Translations under genes and position numbers: made by a program
Part shown: positions 43,420-44,454 of the stretch, in pieces
Layout of the letters: each line of letters starts with the position of its first letter
How positions within the stretch are numbered: the first letter of the stretch is position 1
Sequence record: MK931441.1
Reading direction: 5' to 3' (one strand)
Origin: Escherichia phage Snoke
Length of the DNA stretch: 44,454 bases
Notes under the pieces: generated by a model
The model's input: only the letters and a program-made list of their open reading frames with translations
Told to the model about the DNA's origin: nothing
Databases searched by the model: none

Positions 43420-43651
43420 AATCACAATTGCATCGCTCGAGCGTCGTATCCTGGTGCTCGAGTCGGAGAAACAGACGTTAGGCGGGCAACTGTCTATCAA
43501 TGGTGAGTTTCAACTGGAGGCGTTTAAGTTGCTTCTTGATAAGTTGAGGGAGGACGAAAAGCCTCACGAGCACGATTACTACCTACATGTGGTTGATGGG
43601 ATACACCAGGCAACGTGCATTAAATGTGGTAAAGCGTATGGAGTCGCCTAA
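43403..43651 (+). CDS. hypothetical protein
   Basis: ORF from track; C-terminal Cys pair. Confidence 0.3.
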   Translation: MTPMPKITIASLERRILVLESEKQTLGGQLSINGEFQLEAFKLLLDKLREDEKPHEHDYYLHVVDGIHQATCIKCGKAYGVA

Positions 43652-43820
43652 ACCAGTAGTCATTGATGGTGTCCTGTGGAAACCATACGCGGTTAACCAC
43701 ATCGACGCCGACGGGAAGAAGTTCAGCTTCTACATTTTTGCGATTAGCCGTGAGCACGCCGCTTGTGTGGTAGATGATATACGAGAAACGGCGTGGCTTG
43801 GTGATGAGATAGTGGGGTGA
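43638..43820 (+). CDS. hypothetical protein (start uncertain)
   Basis: Internal ATG of track ORF 43587-43820. Confidence 0.3.
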   Translation: MESPKPVVIDGVLWKPYAVNHIDADGKKFSFYIFAISREHAACVVDDIRETAWLGDEIVG

Positions 43821-43822
43821 GT

Positions 43823-43993
43823 ATGTTCGATAATATTGACGCAGCAATCGAAGAAGCAATCTGGCGTCGCTACAACGGTGAGCAACAACGGCACTTCTGC
43901 CTGGTGCAGCGCGGTAACATGATTGCCGTAGTGCAGGACCGCGATAATAAATACCCAAATGCAATGTGGACGACGAGGAATTTCTTAGGATGA
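43823..43993 (+). CDS. hypothetical small protein
   Basis: 56-aa ORF below track threshold. Confidence 0.25.
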   Translation: MFDNIDAAIEEAIWRRYNGEQQRHFCLVQRGNMIAVVQDRDNKYPNAMWTTRNFLG

Positions 43994-44226
43994 TTACCAG
44001 CATTCCGAACCTGATTAAAGAATACGGCACGATGGCGGAGACATGCCGACAAACCGGCATCAATGAAATGACGATTCGCAAGTACAGCAAAGACGTAGAC
44101 TGCGAGCGCCATGTAATTTATAACAACCGCCTGATGACGCACGTCAGGACAAGCCCGGTGTTATTCACACGCCGTGGTATCACGAAGACTGAGCAACGTA
44201 TCGCACGAGAGGAGGGTGATGTATGA
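43990..44226 (+). CDS. HTH-containing protein (hypothetical)
   Basis: IKEYGTMAETCRQTGINEMTIRKYSKD helix-turn-helix-like segment; ATGA-coupled. Confidence 0.35.
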   Translation: MITSIPNLIKEYGTMAETCRQTGINEMTIRKYSKDVDCERHVIYNNRLMTHVRTSPVLFTRRGITKTEQRIAREEGDV

Positions 44227-44378
44227 AAAAGTTAACGGTGTACTGGAAGACAGGCGCTACATCAGAACTTGATGTTTTCAGCGTAACGCAATGTGAGAAG
44301 TTCTGGTACGCCGAAACATTCAACGGTGAAGTGAGAATCCCGTTAGCACTGGTAGACGGCGGGGATATCACCGGGTAA
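44223..44378 (+). CDS. hypothetical small protein
   Basis: 51-aa ORF below track threshold, followed by terminator. Confidence 0.25.
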   Translation: MKKLTVYWKTGATSELDVFSVTQCEKFWYAETFNGEVRIPLALVDGGDITG

Positions 44379-44387
44379 CCAACCATC

Positions 44388-44412
44388 AAGCCCTCTACGG
44401 AGGGCTTTTCTG
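44388..44412 (+). terminator. intrinsic terminator
   Basis: GCCCTC-TACG-GAGGGC followed by TTTTC. Confidence 0.65.
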
Positions 44413-44454
44413 TACATCCAGCCCAATCCCCTTATATAATCCCTTTAGACGCGT

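Noticed and set aside
1-44454. Lysogeny module (integrase, CI-type repressor), CRISPR array, rRNA genes
   Set aside because: No tyrosine or serine recombinase motifs, no repeat-spacer array and no rRNA-like sequence seen. The two small HTH proteins lack peptidase domains, so the phage is probably strictly lytic, with the caveat that only this window was examined.

Overview
The window reads as a complete or near-complete genome of a tailed dsDNA phage (siphovirus-type gene order, about 50% GC, E. coli-like sigma70 promoters and Shine-Dalgarno sites, so probably an enterobacterial phage). Everything below was called by eye from motifs, gene order and the ORF track; no database or HMM search was run, and motif-level coordinates may be off by 1-2 nt. 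Layout: (1) 1-25.9 kb, plus strand, virion module: small and large terminase, portal, Mu F/SPP1 gp7-like head morphogenesis protein interrupted by an intein, Ig-like protein, scaffold, major capsid, neck proteins, major tail protein, G/GT tail chaperone with -1 frameshift, tape measure, distal tail proteins, J-like tip protein and a tailspike with an SGNH esterase domain. This block is interrupted by two minus-strand accessory insertions (5.7-6.3 kb and 13.4-15.4 kb) and an Rz/Rz1-like spanin pair. (2) 26-37.6 kb, minus strand, replication/early module: SNF2-type helicase, VRR-NUC nuclease, family A DNA polymerase, DUF2815/DUF2800-like pair, primase-helicase, small HTH regulators. (3) 38-44.4 kb, plus strand: many small ORFs, an HslV-like peptidase, two holin-like proteins and a GH24 endolysin. 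No integrase, tRNA, rRNA or CRISPR array was seen. Most unusual observations: an HTH plus Vsr/DUF559-like endonuclease gene encoded antisense to, and coextensive with, the intein; a 173-aa truncated DnaN (beta sliding clamp) homolog; an HslV-like Ntn peptidase with no HslU partner; a minus-strand island with an HTH-metallophosphoesterase and a superinfection-immunity-like membrane protein; a duplicated promoter plus conserved leader; and an inverted repeat AATAG-N4-CTATT embedded in seven promoters.
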